A stretch of DNA of 59,018 bases from an uncultured Bacteroidales bacterium. Lineage in GTDB: Bacteria; Bacteroidota; Bacteroidia; Bacteroidales; CAIXZF01. The stretch covers positions 1-59,018 of the forward strand of contig CAIXZF010000070.1 in assembly GCA_903923925.1 (NCBI GenBank). Direction: 5' to 3'. Shown piece by piece: positions 28,447 through 37,375 of the stretch (positions within the stretch are counted from its first letter, which is position 1; every line of letters starts with the position of its first letter). Position numbers and translations under genes: made by a program. The notes under the pieces are model-generated. The model did not search any database, was not told where the DNA came from, and saw nothing but the letters and a program-made list of their open reading frames with translations.

Positions 28447-31050
28447 CTAATGACCGAAGGCATAAACTTTTCCATCCTGAGCCCCGACCACAATAAATTC
28501 AGAAATAACCGCTGCTGTGCTTCCCGAAGGACTCCCGATGTCGAAGTTCCAGCACTCTTTGCCTGTGGAAATATTTAAAACAAGAAGTCTGCCCTCACCA
28601 GATACAATAATTACATAATTTCCTGCGATAACTGGCGATGCGTCGACCTTCCCCAGTACTTTTGTTTTCCAGAGTACTTTTCCTTTCAATGCATTAAAAC
28701 AATAAACATAATGATTCTGAGTGCCGGTGATAACTCTGCTTTCATCAATTGCAGGAGATGCAAGAAAGGACCCGCTGACTTCTGTTTGCCATAAAACTTT
28801 CTTTTGCCGGGTATTGATACAATAGAAAATACCATCATAATTGCCAAAAAAGGCTTTGTCTCCCTTAGTTGTAGGTGAGGCAGGAATGTAAGTTCCAATG
28901 TCGTTATTGCCAGTTTCCTTTCCTGTATCTGTATTTACATAGCGCAACATTCCGTCGCAACCACCGAAAACTGCATTTCTTCCGCTTATTGCAGGCGAAC
29001 CGTTTATGAAATTCTCTGTTGCGAATTTCCAGATTACTTTTCCGGAAGAAGCATCCAGGCAATACAGGTTAAAATCATAACTTCCCACAAGAATCCTTTT
29101 CTGAATCTTATCCGGACCGTATGTCCAGTTGCAGGCACCGGAAATCTGACCATCTGTTTTGTATTTCCATTTCAATTTGCCGCTATTTGCATCAAAAGCA
29201 AACAGAATACCCCCGAGTGATCCTATAAAAACGGTATTGTCAAGAATTAGGGGAGGAGCTTCTATCGCGGTTTTAGTATTGTATTTCCATTTTAACTGCC
29301 CTGCTGTTGTAAGTGCGTACAGATTTCCGTCGTTCGAGCCAATATAGATAATATCATTAAAAATTACTGCTGAAGATTTGATGGCATCTCCTGTTTTAAA
29401 TGTCCAGAGGAGTTTGAATGGCGGCGAAACAGGAGCAGCTGTGTTTCCGCTGAGTTGATTATCGCCCCTGAACGAGGGCCAGCAATTTGAGGCTTTCTGT
29501 TGGGCGAGTAATGGAATACTGAACAGAAATACGATCAGAAATGCAATTTTAAATGATAAAGCAGCTGTGGGACAGGCCTTTACGCATGCTTCTGCTTTAC
29601 TAGTGAGTGCTTTTTTAATAGATTCATTAAATGGAACACCAATTTCTACATCAAATCCCCGGCCTATATAAGTGAGTCCCGCGCTTTCTCTGTCTTCTCC
29701 GGCAATTTCAACACAAAGTCCGCAACGGATGCATTTTTGGGGTTCATATACTACAAGGTCATGCTGATAGGATTTAGTAAGAAGTTTTCTTTCAGAAGCT
29801 GCAAAATGATTCCTGTCTGCCTTATATTCATCTGAATAATTCCGAAGTTTGCAATTGCCGGCTTTGCGGCAGTCGCAATGTAGGCATCGTTTTGCTTCCT
29901 GAATTGCCTCCTTGCTGTTAAAGCCATTCAGAAATCCTTTTTCCGGTTCGAACCTATTGTCATCGGTACTTTCTTTCAGATATTCAAGCAGTTCAGATTG
30001 TGTAATTTTATTGATTCTTGAGTTGAATTTAATTCCGTGAGTTTCTGAAGTTCCGCTTAAGTAGGAGCTGGCTTTCATTGCTGCTGATTTACCTTGTGCC
30101 GCTGAACGGATGGCCATTTTTTGTTCACGGATGAAACTTCCGCAGGTGAAAACATTCTGAGGAAAAACTTCACCAAAAACACGTTTCGACTCCTCATCTT
30201 TAATTCCTGCTGCGAGAATAACAGCATCAAAATTCTCCTGAAAATCATTCCAGTTTTCTTTCGTTACCGAGTGGTTCATAATAAACTGGCCTCCCATTCT
30301 TCTGATAACATCTATATCAGCATCCAGCATAGTTCCTGGAAGAATTTCATCAGGAATTTCATACCGTAATGTTCCGCCTGGCTGTGAATTTTTATCGAAA
30401 AGGATGCAGGTATGTCCCGATTTGAGAAGGTAAAAAGCAGCTGAAAGTCCAGCGGGACCAGTGCCGATTACAGCGACCTTTTTCCCCGATTTTTCTGTTA
30501 AAGGAAGTTGAGGGATACTGCGATTGGAACCCACGGCAGTAAACCTTTTGAGCAAACAGATTGAGACAGCTCCGTCCAGACTTTTACGATGACAGGCTTT
30601 TTCGCAGGGTGCTGCACAAATATATCCCATTACAAGGGGTAAGGCAATTTCTTCCAGAACAACTTCAAGTGCTGTCTGAATATTTCCAACTGCAATCAAA
30701 CGATTCATGAGAGGGATATTCATAAAAGCAGGGCATGATAAACGGCAGGGAGCTTCACAATCGCCAACATGATCGCTTAAAAGAAGCTCAAGCGCTTCTT
30801 TTCGCGCAGCAAGAACATCAGGTGAATTCGTAATAAGCTGCATTCCCGACCCACATGGCATGGCACAGGAGGGGAACAGATTTCCTGTTCTCTGATCCTT
30901 AACCAGGCATACCATACAGGATGGATGGCAGGAATGATCCTTTAAATAACACATCGATGGAATCTGAATGCCAATAGAAGCAGCTGCCTGCATAACAGAT
31001 GTACCATCTTCAACTTCAATTTCCGTATTATTTACCGTTAATTTTATCAT
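28447..31050 (-). CDS. In-frame fusion of three parts. N-terminus: NuoG-type 2Fe-2S domain plus GltD/NfnB-like FAD/NAD(P)H Fe-S oxidoreductase plus 2x[4Fe-4S] ferredoxin. Middle: hydrophobic signal-peptide-like segment. C-terminus: PQQ-like 8-bladed beta-propeller.
   Basis: 'MIKLTVNNTEIEVEDGTSVMQAAASIGIQIPSMCYLKDHSCHPSCMVCLV' matches a NuoG/HydA N-terminal 2Fe-2S domain. Rossmann motif 'VAVIGTGPAGLSAAFYL' with 'DKNSQPGGTLRYEIP' matches GltD. Ferredoxin 'CIRCGLCVEIA...CVKACPTAAL'. Then 'KIAFLIVFLFSIPLLAQQKASNCWPSFRGDN' is followed by PQQ-type repeats ('...DGNLYALTTAGQLKWKY', 'LFAFDANSGKLKWKY', 'LYCLDASSGKVIWKF', 'VYCFNALKGKVLWKT'). The junction is at about nt 29495-29548. Confidence 0.7.
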   Translation of the reverse strand: MIKLTVNNTEIEVEDGTSVMQAAASIGIQIPSMCYLKDHSCHPSCMVCLVKDQRTGNLFPSCAMPCGSGMQLITNSPDVLAARKEALELLLSDHVGDCEAPCRLSCPAFMNIPLMNRLIAVGNIQTALEVVLEEIALPLVMGYICAAPCEKACHRKSLDGAVSICLLKRFTAVGSNRSIPQLPLTEKSGKKVAVIGTGPAGLSAAFYLLKSGHTCILFDKNSQPGGTLRYEIPDEILPGTMLDADIDVIRRMGGQFIMNHSVTKENWNDFQENFDAVILAAGIKDEESKRVFGEVFPQNVFTCGSFIREQKMAIRSAAQGKSAAMKASSYLSGTSETHGIKFNSRINKITQSELLEYLKESTDDNRFEPEKGFLNGFNSKEAIQEAKRCLHCDCRKAGNCKLRNYSDEYKADRNHFAASERKLLTKSYQHDLVVYEPQKCIRCGLCVEIAGEDRESAGLTYIGRGFDVEIGVPFNESIKKALTSKAEACVKACPTAALSFKIAFLIVFLFSIPLLAQQKASNCWPSFRGDNQLSGNTAAPVSPPFKLLWTFKTGDAIKSSAVIFNDIIYIGSNDGNLYALTTAGQLKWKYNTKTAIEAPPLILDNTVFIGSLGGILFAFDANSGKLKWKYKTDGQISGACNWTYGPDKIQKRILVGSYDFNLYCLDASSGKVIWKFATENFINGSPAISGRNAVFGGCDGMLRYVNTDTGKETGNNDIGTYIPASPTTKGDKAFFGNYDGIFYCINTRQKKVLWQTEVSGSFLASPAIDESRVITGTQNHYVYCFNALKGKVLWKTKVLGKVDASPVIAGNYVIIVSGEGRLLVLNISTGKECWNFDIGSPSGSTAAVISEFIVVGAQDGKVYAFGH

Positions 31051-33420
31051 TTATTGAATAATTACGGAATTTACAGGACAAATCTGCCGGCATATATCAC
31101 ACTTTATACATTTCTCGTGATCAATGTTATGCAGTTCATAAGGTTTAAATTCGATGGCATCAGCAGGGCATTGCTGAGCACATTTAGTACATCCGATACA
31201 ATCGTTTGTTATACAATAGGTTATTAATGGAAGGCATTTCCCGGCAGGGCAGATTCCTTTCAGATGAGCTTCATATTCCTCGCGGAAATAATGTAAAGTC
31301 GAAAGGATAGGGTTAGGAGCAGTTTTTCCCAGGCCGCAGAGGCTGCCGCTTTTAGTACTTCTGGCTAGCTTTTCCAGCCTGATAAGGTCAATTTCATCTG
31401 CTTTGCCTTTCCGGATATTTTCTAATATTTCAAGCATTCTCCTTGTACCTATTCTGCAAAAGGTACACCTTCCACACGATTGATTTTGAGTGAATGAAAG
31501 GAAATAATGTGCAATATCAACCATGCAATCTGTCTCATCAAGAACGATAAGTCCACCTGAACCCATCATAGAGCCAGCTGCTGCAAGTTCTTCAAAATCA
31601 ATGGCTAATTCTGCCTTAGATGCAGGAATACAGCCTCCAGAAGGGCCTCCGATTTGAACTGCTTTAAACTTCAATCCACCAGGAATACCTCCTCCGATTT
31701 CTTCCACAATCTGCCGGATCGTAATCCCCATAGGAACCTCAATAAGCCCCCCTCGCTTCACTTTACCGGCAAGGGCGAAAACCTTCGTTCCCTTACTGTT
31801 TGCTGTGCCATTAGCAGCAAATGCATCGGCCCCATGTTGCAGTATCCACGGAATCATGGAGAATGTTTCTGTATTGTTAATTAATGTGGGATGCTTGTGA
31901 AGCCCGCTAACAGCAGGATAAGGCGGTCGAAGCCTGGGGATTCCGCGTTTTCCTTCCACCGAAGCAATTAGTGCAGTTTCTTCGCCGCAAACAAAGGCAC
32001 CTGCACCTTCGAAAATTTCTATATCAAATGAAAACGTACTACCAAAAACAGATTGCCCGAGAATACCTTCTTTTTTACAGATAGCAAGTGCTTCGGCAAT
32101 CCGTTTAACAGCCAGAGGGTACTCAGCCCTGATGTAGAAAAGACCTTTGGTAGCAGACGTAGCGTAGGCAGCAATCAGCATCCCTTCTATTATCCGGAAT
32201 GGATACGACTCCAGCAGCATCCGGTCCATGAATGCACCAGGATCGCCTTCGTCACCGTTACAGATCAGGTATTTTTCTGCACTAATCTGATCTTTAACAA
32301 GTTGCCATTTTGTCCCAGTCGGGAAACCAGCGCCTCCTCTTCCTCTCAGACCACTATTCTTTATAATTTCAATGATCTGCTGTGATGATAACGAAGAAAG
32401 ACAATGTTCCAGAGCCTTGAAGCCTCCAGAATTTTTGTACTCCGTGAGATCGCAGGGTTTTAAAACTCCTCTGTTTTCGGTCGCTATTGCTAATTGAGGC
32501 CCTAAAAATTCTGATAGCGGTGTATCACGTTGTTCCCAGTTGTATTTCCGGAACGATTGCTGTTTTCCTTCCTCAATTACTCTTTCGAAAAGTCCTAAGA
32601 AATTGGATTTAAGTCTGTTAACAAGTCCTGAAGGTTGAAAATGCTTCAAAACAACAGCTCTCACCTCATCGGGTCTTATTTTTGCATAAAAGGCAGTTGG
32701 CTCTCCGGGTTTTACGATCTCCAGCACTGGCACCTGGTTACAGATTCCAACGCAGCCCACTTGTTTCACAATTACATCAAGCTTTGTCTGTTTTATTGTT
32801 CTGTCGAGTTCATTTTTTACTTCCATGCTGCCGCTCGCCGCACAACAAGAACCGAGACCGATACGAATTTCGCCTTTCCCATGCTGAATCTCAGACAACA
32901 TCTGAGTTTCAGATCTCATCTCAAGAGGTTGAGAGGTAGTTGACCTCAGTTGAAAATCAATCAAAACTTCACCAACTGTCTGAGCTGAAACATGCCCATA
33001 GGTTACTTCATCAATTTTTACAACAGGTGCCAGTGTGCAACACCCAAGGCAGGCAACCTTTTCAATGGTAAATTCCCCTGCAGTATCTGTATCCGAATCT
33101 TCTTCCAACTTTAATTCACGGCGGAATGCATCAAGAACAGTTAGTGCGCCTTTCACATGGCAGGCCGTTCCTGTGCATACTTTTATAATATGTTTTCCAG
33201 CTTTTTTGTGCCGGAATTGTGAATAGAATGTTGATATTCCAGTAATTGATGAAGCTGTGATTTCTGTGATCTCACAAACTCTCTGCAAAGCTTCCTCGGG
33301 CAGGTAGTTGAATTTCTGTTGAATTTCCTGAAGAATAGGGATAACAGCCTCGGGAGAAGTAGTATGCCGGGCTACAATTCTGTCGACAATTGACGAGATG
33401 TTTTCTTCCTTTTTCTCCAT
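31051..33420 (-). CDS. Fused NuoE-like (2Fe-2S) and NuoF-like (FMN, NADH, 4Fe-4S) protein with C-terminal 2x[4Fe-4S] ferredoxin. HydC-HydB/StnB-StnC-like NADH-binding flavoprotein.
   Basis: NuoE motifs 'CTGTACHVKGA' and 'CLGCCTLAPV'. NuoF motifs 'LRGRGGAGFPTGTKW', 'GEETALIASVEG' and 'QSCGRCTFCRIGT'. C-terminal 'CIGCTKCAQQCP' and 'CIKCDICRQICP'. The first ATG is at 33420 and forms a TAATG overlap with the stop of the upstream gene; the ORF-track start at 33435 is a TTG. Confidence 0.85.
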   Translation of the reverse strand: MEKKEENISSIVDRIVARHTTSPEAVIPILQEIQQKFNYLPEEALQRVCEITEITASSITGISTFYSQFRHKKAGKHIIKVCTGTACHVKGALTVLDAFRRELKLEEDSDTDTAGEFTIEKVACLGCCTLAPVVKIDEVTYGHVSAQTVGEVLIDFQLRSTTSQPLEMRSETQMLSEIQHGKGEIRIGLGSCCAASGSMEVKNELDRTIKQTKLDVIVKQVGCVGICNQVPVLEIVKPGEPTAFYAKIRPDEVRAVVLKHFQPSGLVNRLKSNFLGLFERVIEEGKQQSFRKYNWEQRDTPLSEFLGPQLAIATENRGVLKPCDLTEYKNSGGFKALEHCLSSLSSQQIIEIIKNSGLRGRGGAGFPTGTKWQLVKDQISAEKYLICNGDEGDPGAFMDRMLLESYPFRIIEGMLIAAYATSATKGLFYIRAEYPLAVKRIAEALAICKKEGILGQSVFGSTFSFDIEIFEGAGAFVCGEETALIASVEGKRGIPRLRPPYPAVSGLHKHPTLINNTETFSMIPWILQHGADAFAANGTANSKGTKVFALAGKVKRGGLIEVPMGITIRQIVEEIGGGIPGGLKFKAVQIGGPSGGCIPASKAELAIDFEELAAAGSMMGSGGLIVLDETDCMVDIAHYFLSFTQNQSCGRCTFCRIGTRRMLEILENIRKGKADEIDLIRLEKLARSTKSGSLCGLGKTAPNPILSTLHYFREEYEAHLKGICPAGKCLPLITYCITNDCIGCTKCAQQCPADAIEFKPYELHNIDHEKCIKCDICRQICPVNSVIIQ

Positions 33421-35210
33421 TATTTCGAGATGCAATAAATGTTTTTATTTCCCCTCAGAAAGATCATTCCATCGGCAAAAGCTGGTGTGCAGAAGGAACC
33501 TTCTCCAAGCTGTGGCTCAGCAATTGAAGTAAAGATTTTGTCGGCCTTGAAAATATGCATAATGCCTTTGCTGTCAAGCAGATAGATTTTTCCTTCAACA
33601 AGCACAGGCGACGAATAAACCTTATTGCCAAACTCTTTTTCCCATAATTTCTTGCCGGTTTTCGCTTCATAACATGCAACAGTGCCATAACTGGTTGTAA
33701 GGAAGAGGTAATTTTCTGTAGCAACAGGGCTTGGCACATCCGATAAATACTCGGTATCTTCCCAAAGAATTTTTGGTGTATCGCCAATCTGTATCGCTGA
33801 AAGTTTCGAATATTCGTTCACTGCATATACAATGCCATCAGCGTATGCCAGAGAAGGCCCGACTTCTCCCGATATACAGTCGATTTTCCACAGTTCTTTT
33901 CCGGTAACTGCATCATAAGAGGCCACACTAGGATCGGCGGCCAGAATAATCTCCACTCTACTGCCAGTATTTACAACAATGGGTGAAGCCCAGGAAATCC
34001 GCACCTTGCGTGGGGTATTCCAAATAACGTCTCCTGTTTTCCCGGCAAGTGCTGTAATGCTGGCGCTGCCACTCTGATCGTATTGAACGATGAGTTTATC
34101 CTGAAACATCATCAATGATGAGGAGTGCCCGTAATGATTTTTAGGCAGGCCAAGGTTTTTACTCCAAACCTTTTCACCTTCCATATTGAGTGCAATCAAA
34201 TCACCATTTGCAAAAATGGCATAAACTCTTCTGCCATCGGTAGTTAGTGTGGGAGCAGAGAAACCGGTTTCAATATTAACTTTTGGTGCTTGTCCGGGGC
34301 TGCCGGGAATTTTATCCACAGTGGTTTTCCAGACAAGCTTTCCGGAATTCACATCCAGGCAATATACTTCCCGGGTTTTTTCGTTAGCCCCTGACAGGAA
34401 AAGTTTATCTTTCCAAACAATCGGGGAATTATATCCCTGCAAAGGAATATTCGTCTTCCATTTGATATTTTTACCGCTCTTCCCATCCCAATTTACAGGG
34501 ATATTTTTCTGCCATGCAATGCCATTTCCACCCGGACCCCGGAAAGAAGTGAAATTAGAGCGAATTTCCTGAATTCCGGGAAAACCGTCGACAGAGGAAG
34601 AAGATGCAACAGTGTTTGAATCTGGAGAATCATTGGTATTGCCATCTAATTCTTGCGCACTGTTCTTCTCAATTCCATTAAAACGTTCTGAAGAATCTGC
34701 CGATTTTGAGTTCATTAACAAGGCAATGTCAATTTCCCTTCCCAATTCATTATGCGAAAGCCAGGCAAAAATGAAGGCCGTTACAAATAGAAATATTCCC
34801 GCTCCCGCTATCCAGTTTCTGCTTATTTTACGAAGTTCGAATATGTTAAACTTCTTAGAATCAGGAACTTCAGGAAGTTTATGTCTGAAATATTCAATGA
34901 TCTGCAGACAGATAATTATTACAAGGATGCTGCAAAACAAAAGTAAGCCACCCGTTTTTACCTGCCATTGATTGGTGAAGAAAGCGCGACGGGCCAGCAG
35001 ATCCAGTTCACGTATTTGGTCTCTAAGCTGCTGATTTTCAGGATTTGCCTGCAACTGATCAACCATCGAATTTAAGGCTTTCGTGTTCAGTGGATCAGCA
35101 CGTTGAAGCTGCAAGTAGTTAACAATAATCAATACGCAAAGCAGCACAGCAAGCACAGCGCTTATGATGGCGATGTTTTGCAAAAGGCGGATGTTTGGTT
35201 TGATTATCAA
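33420..35210 (-). CDS. Membrane-anchored PQQ-like beta-propeller protein. Three N-terminal TM segments, a low-complexity linker, then the propeller. TTG start.
   Basis: TM 'NIAIISAVLAVLLCVLIIVNYL', 'GGLLLFCSILVIIICLQII', 'AGAGIFLFVTAFIFAWL'. Repeats 'VYCLDVNSGKLVWKT', 'LIALNMEGEKVWSKN', 'ITALAGKTGDVIWNT', 'VASYDAVTGKELWKI', 'VACYEAKTGKKLWEK'. N-terminal propeller motif 'FTSFRGPGGNG'. Confidence 0.7.
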   Translation of the reverse strand: MIIKPNIRLLQNIAIISAVLAVLLCVLIIVNYLQLQRADPLNTKALNSMVDQLQANPENQQLRDQIRELDLLARRAFFTNQWQVKTGGLLLFCSILVIIICLQIIEYFRHKLPEVPDSKKFNIFELRKISRNWIAGAGIFLFVTAFIFAWLSHNELGREIDIALLMNSKSADSSERFNGIEKNSAQELDGNTNDSPDSNTVASSSSVDGFPGIQEIRSNFTSFRGPGGNGIAWQKNIPVNWDGKSGKNIKWKTNIPLQGYNSPIVWKDKLFLSGANEKTREVYCLDVNSGKLVWKTTVDKIPGSPGQAPKVNIETGFSAPTLTTDGRRVYAIFANGDLIALNMEGEKVWSKNLGLPKNHYGHSSSLMMFQDKLIVQYDQSGSASITALAGKTGDVIWNTPRKVRISWASPIVVNTGSRVEIILAADPSVASYDAVTGKELWKIDCISGEVGPSLAYADGIVYAVNEYSKLSAIQIGDTPKILWEDTEYLSDVPSPVATENYLFLTTSYGTVACYEAKTGKKLWEKEFGNKVYSSPVLVEGKIYLLDSKGIMHIFKADKIFTSIAEPQLGEGSFCTPAFADGMIFLRGNKNIYCISK

Positions 35211-35228
35211 GGGGATTTGTTTTAACTT

Positions 35229-35414
35229 TTAATTTAATTTCATCATCAGAAAATCATCCAGATTGATTTGTTTTATTCCCTGGTCGATAAGCTGATACAA
35301 GAGGTAACTTTTTCCAACTCTTCGCTGTCCTGTAATTACCTTAATGATTTGTTTGCCAATAAACAGTTGAATTTTAGCAATATATTCCGGCCGGACTGTG
35401 TATTTATGTTTCAT
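35229..35414 (-). pseudogene. Remnant 61-aa N-terminal fragment of an AAA-family ATPase gene (Walker A only)
   Basis: '...KVITGQRRVGKSYLLYQLI' is a Walker A motif resembling the N-termini of ~400-aa Bacteroidota AAA/DUF4143 ATPases. The ORF stops after 61 aa, and the space downstream is occupied by the next gene. Confidence 0.4.
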
Positions 35415-35443
35415 GTATATCGTAAAAAAAACTGATGAATAAT

Positions 35444-36706
35444 TTATACTTTAACCGGACAATACTCAATGCATCTGTTACAACTTAAGCATGTTCCTTT
35501 ATTTGGAACGTAATCTGGATTGTAATTTGTAATAAGCCGGCCAGCGATCAGAAGGCCAAAGGTTAATCCCATGAAACCACCCAGTAACCAGCCACCGATA
35601 TAGAATTTGCGCAGGATTTCATTTGTTTCTTCAAGTAGTTGTTTAGCAGGCTTTCCGGAGGATTTGAAAGCTTTTATCTCATAGGATTCAGGTTTTTCCT
35701 GCATTTTTACCGGATCCATTACAGCTTTGGCGAGCCTCACACGAGGATTAACTTCTGCCAATGTTGTGTGTAACTTTGAACCGGTGTAACCGCCAGCTGC
35801 AATTAAAACAGGAATTAGAATGCATATCAGTATGAATTTTTTAAGTAACTCTTGTTTTGTTTCCGGATTTTTTACAGTGATGGGGATATTGATGGCATCA
35901 TAGGGACAAGTATTTTCACAAAGCTTACATTGAATGCAATTAGCAGGAGTGATGGTCATATGCTTTTTTGAAAACCGGCTGAACCAGTTCAGGATAACAC
36001 CATACGGACAAAGAAAACGACAATAGGGTCTTGCAATAAAAACGCCGCTGCCTAGCAGAATACCTGCAAACACAAACATCCCGAATGAGGCATTAAGCCT
36101 GAATATTCCAACAAAGGGATCGTATCTGCAGATGATGAAATCGGTGCCAGTTGCAGCATAGAGTACGGCCAAACCAAGGTATAAATAGGGCAAGAGTCCA
36201 AGAACGGAATTGAGTCGTGAGCCCATTTTTTGAGGTTGTATTGCTACCAGGTCCTGCATTGCCCCGAATGGACAAACACCTGCACAAAAGGTTCGACCAT
36301 AAAATAAGGTAAATACCAGCGGAATTACAAAAAATGCCAATGCAGTGAAGGGCAAAGTGTAAGCTGAATAGAAAAGTCCAAGGCTTACATTCTGAATAGC
36401 TCCGATTGAACATACACAACCTTCGCGGTAAAAACCAAAATATGCCAGGCTGAAAATTGAAATCCAGAAAACGCCTTTGCGGCTGCGTTTTTTAAGTATT
36501 AACCAGCTAATCAGAGATAAAGTGCTTAACAAAACCAATACATCCAGGTAGGCGAGGAGTTCATAACGCGGGCCGGGTTGCAAAGTTTCAGGTTGGGTAT
36601 AAGCTGATTCAAATTCAGGTTTTGGAAAGCGTTGTTTGGCAAAACTTTCCATCGACTGAAACAAAGTAAGCAGGAACAACAGAAATAAAATGGCCTTCTT
36701 TCTCAT
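35444..36706 (-). CDS. NapH/MauN/CcoG-like polytopic membrane iron-sulfur protein
   Basis: Signal peptide 'MRKKAILFLLFLLTLFQSMESFA'. Cytoplasmic-loop CX3CP motifs 'FCAGVCPFGAMQDL' and 'YCRFLCPYGVILNW'. C-terminal ferredoxin motifs 'CIQCKLCENTCPYDAI' and 'CLSCNRCIEYCPVKV'. Confidence 0.8.
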   Translation of the reverse strand: MRKKAILFLLFLLTLFQSMESFAKQRFPKPEFESAYTQPETLQPGPRYELLAYLDVLVLLSTLSLISWLILKKRSRKGVFWISIFSLAYFGFYREGCVCSIGAIQNVSLGLFYSAYTLPFTALAFFVIPLVFTLFYGRTFCAGVCPFGAMQDLVAIQPQKMGSRLNSVLGLLPYLYLGLAVLYAATGTDFIICRYDPFVGIFRLNASFGMFVFAGILLGSGVFIARPYCRFLCPYGVILNWFSRFSKKHMTITPANCIQCKLCENTCPYDAINIPITVKNPETKQELLKKFILICILIPVLIAAGGYTGSKLHTTLAEVNPRVRLAKAVMDPVKMQEKPESYEIKAFKSSGKPAKQLLEETNEILRKFYIGGWLLGGFMGLTFGLLIAGRLITNYNPDYVPNKGTCLSCNRCIEYCPVKV

Positions 36707-37368
36707 CCTTCCTGCTGAGTTTTATCGTTTGCCAGTCTTTCTGTACCAAAACCGTTTAGCAAATAAGGTTTGTTTGCCGGCACCCGGCTGAAGGCTTCCG
36801 AGGGACAAACCCTTGCGATAGAGCATTCGTTGCAGTTTACGCAGCGGTTGTGCCGGATTTGCAGCTGCAAGGAGCCGTTGCCAAAGGCATCACAACCCTT
36901 CACACATTTGGCGCAGCCAATGCATAAGAGTTCATCAACAGTATATTCATAAAAGGGATCCTCTATGAACTTTCTTTTTAAGGCATTTGTCGGGCACAGC
37001 TGGTTTTCGGCAGCTGTTGTAAGGGTTTTTGTTTCAGGTTTGAAATAACCACCACAAAGGTCGCAGTAGCCGCACATCACATATGCATGTGTGCACTTTA
37101 CTGCCGAAGGCGTTATTACACAAGCAGTTGCACATCGTCCGCATTGAATACATTTTGATGGGTCGAGCTGCCATACTGTACTCCTGAGGCTTACGGCTTC
37201 AGCTTGATTGCAGCTGTCGGATAAGCTGCAACTCCCGCAGGCAAAATTAAACTTGCAATTCTCATCATCCCTGCGTGGGCGCAGCATGAGAGTTCCTCCC
37301 AGAACTACAAGCCCGGTTAATAATCCTCCTCGTACGCATTTCGCAATAAATTCCCTTCTGCTAGGCAT
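36703..37368 (-). CDS. Tat-exported NapG/MauM-like poly-ferredoxin with about four [4Fe-4S] motifs
   Basis: Twin-arginine signal 'MPSRREFIAKCVRGGLLTGLVVLGGTLML'. The ATG is at 37368; the ORF-track start at 37410 is a TTG. Cys clusters 'CIQCGRCATAC', 'CGYCDLCGG', 'CIGCAKCVKGC', 'CVNCNECSIARVCP'. ATGA overlap with the NapH-like gene. Confidence 0.8.
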   Translation of the reverse strand: MPSRREFIAKCVRGGLLTGLVVLGGTLMLRPRRDDENCKFNFACGSCSLSDSCNQAEAVSLRSTVWQLDPSKCIQCGRCATACVITPSAVKCTHAYVMCGYCDLCGGYFKPETKTLTTAAENQLCPTNALKRKFIEDPFYEYTVDELLCIGCAKCVKGCDAFGNGSLQLQIRHNRCVNCNECSIARVCPSEAFSRVPANKPYLLNGFGTERLANDKTQQEG

Positions 37369-37375
37369 ACGATTT

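Noticed and set aside
28447-33420. [FeFe]-hydrogenase (HydABC) operon
   Set aside because: NuoE/NuoF/2Fe-2S-ferredoxin modules are present. However, no H-cluster subunit (HydA catalytic domain) is encoded here, and the GltD-like FAD module points to an Nfn/Stn-type enzyme instead.
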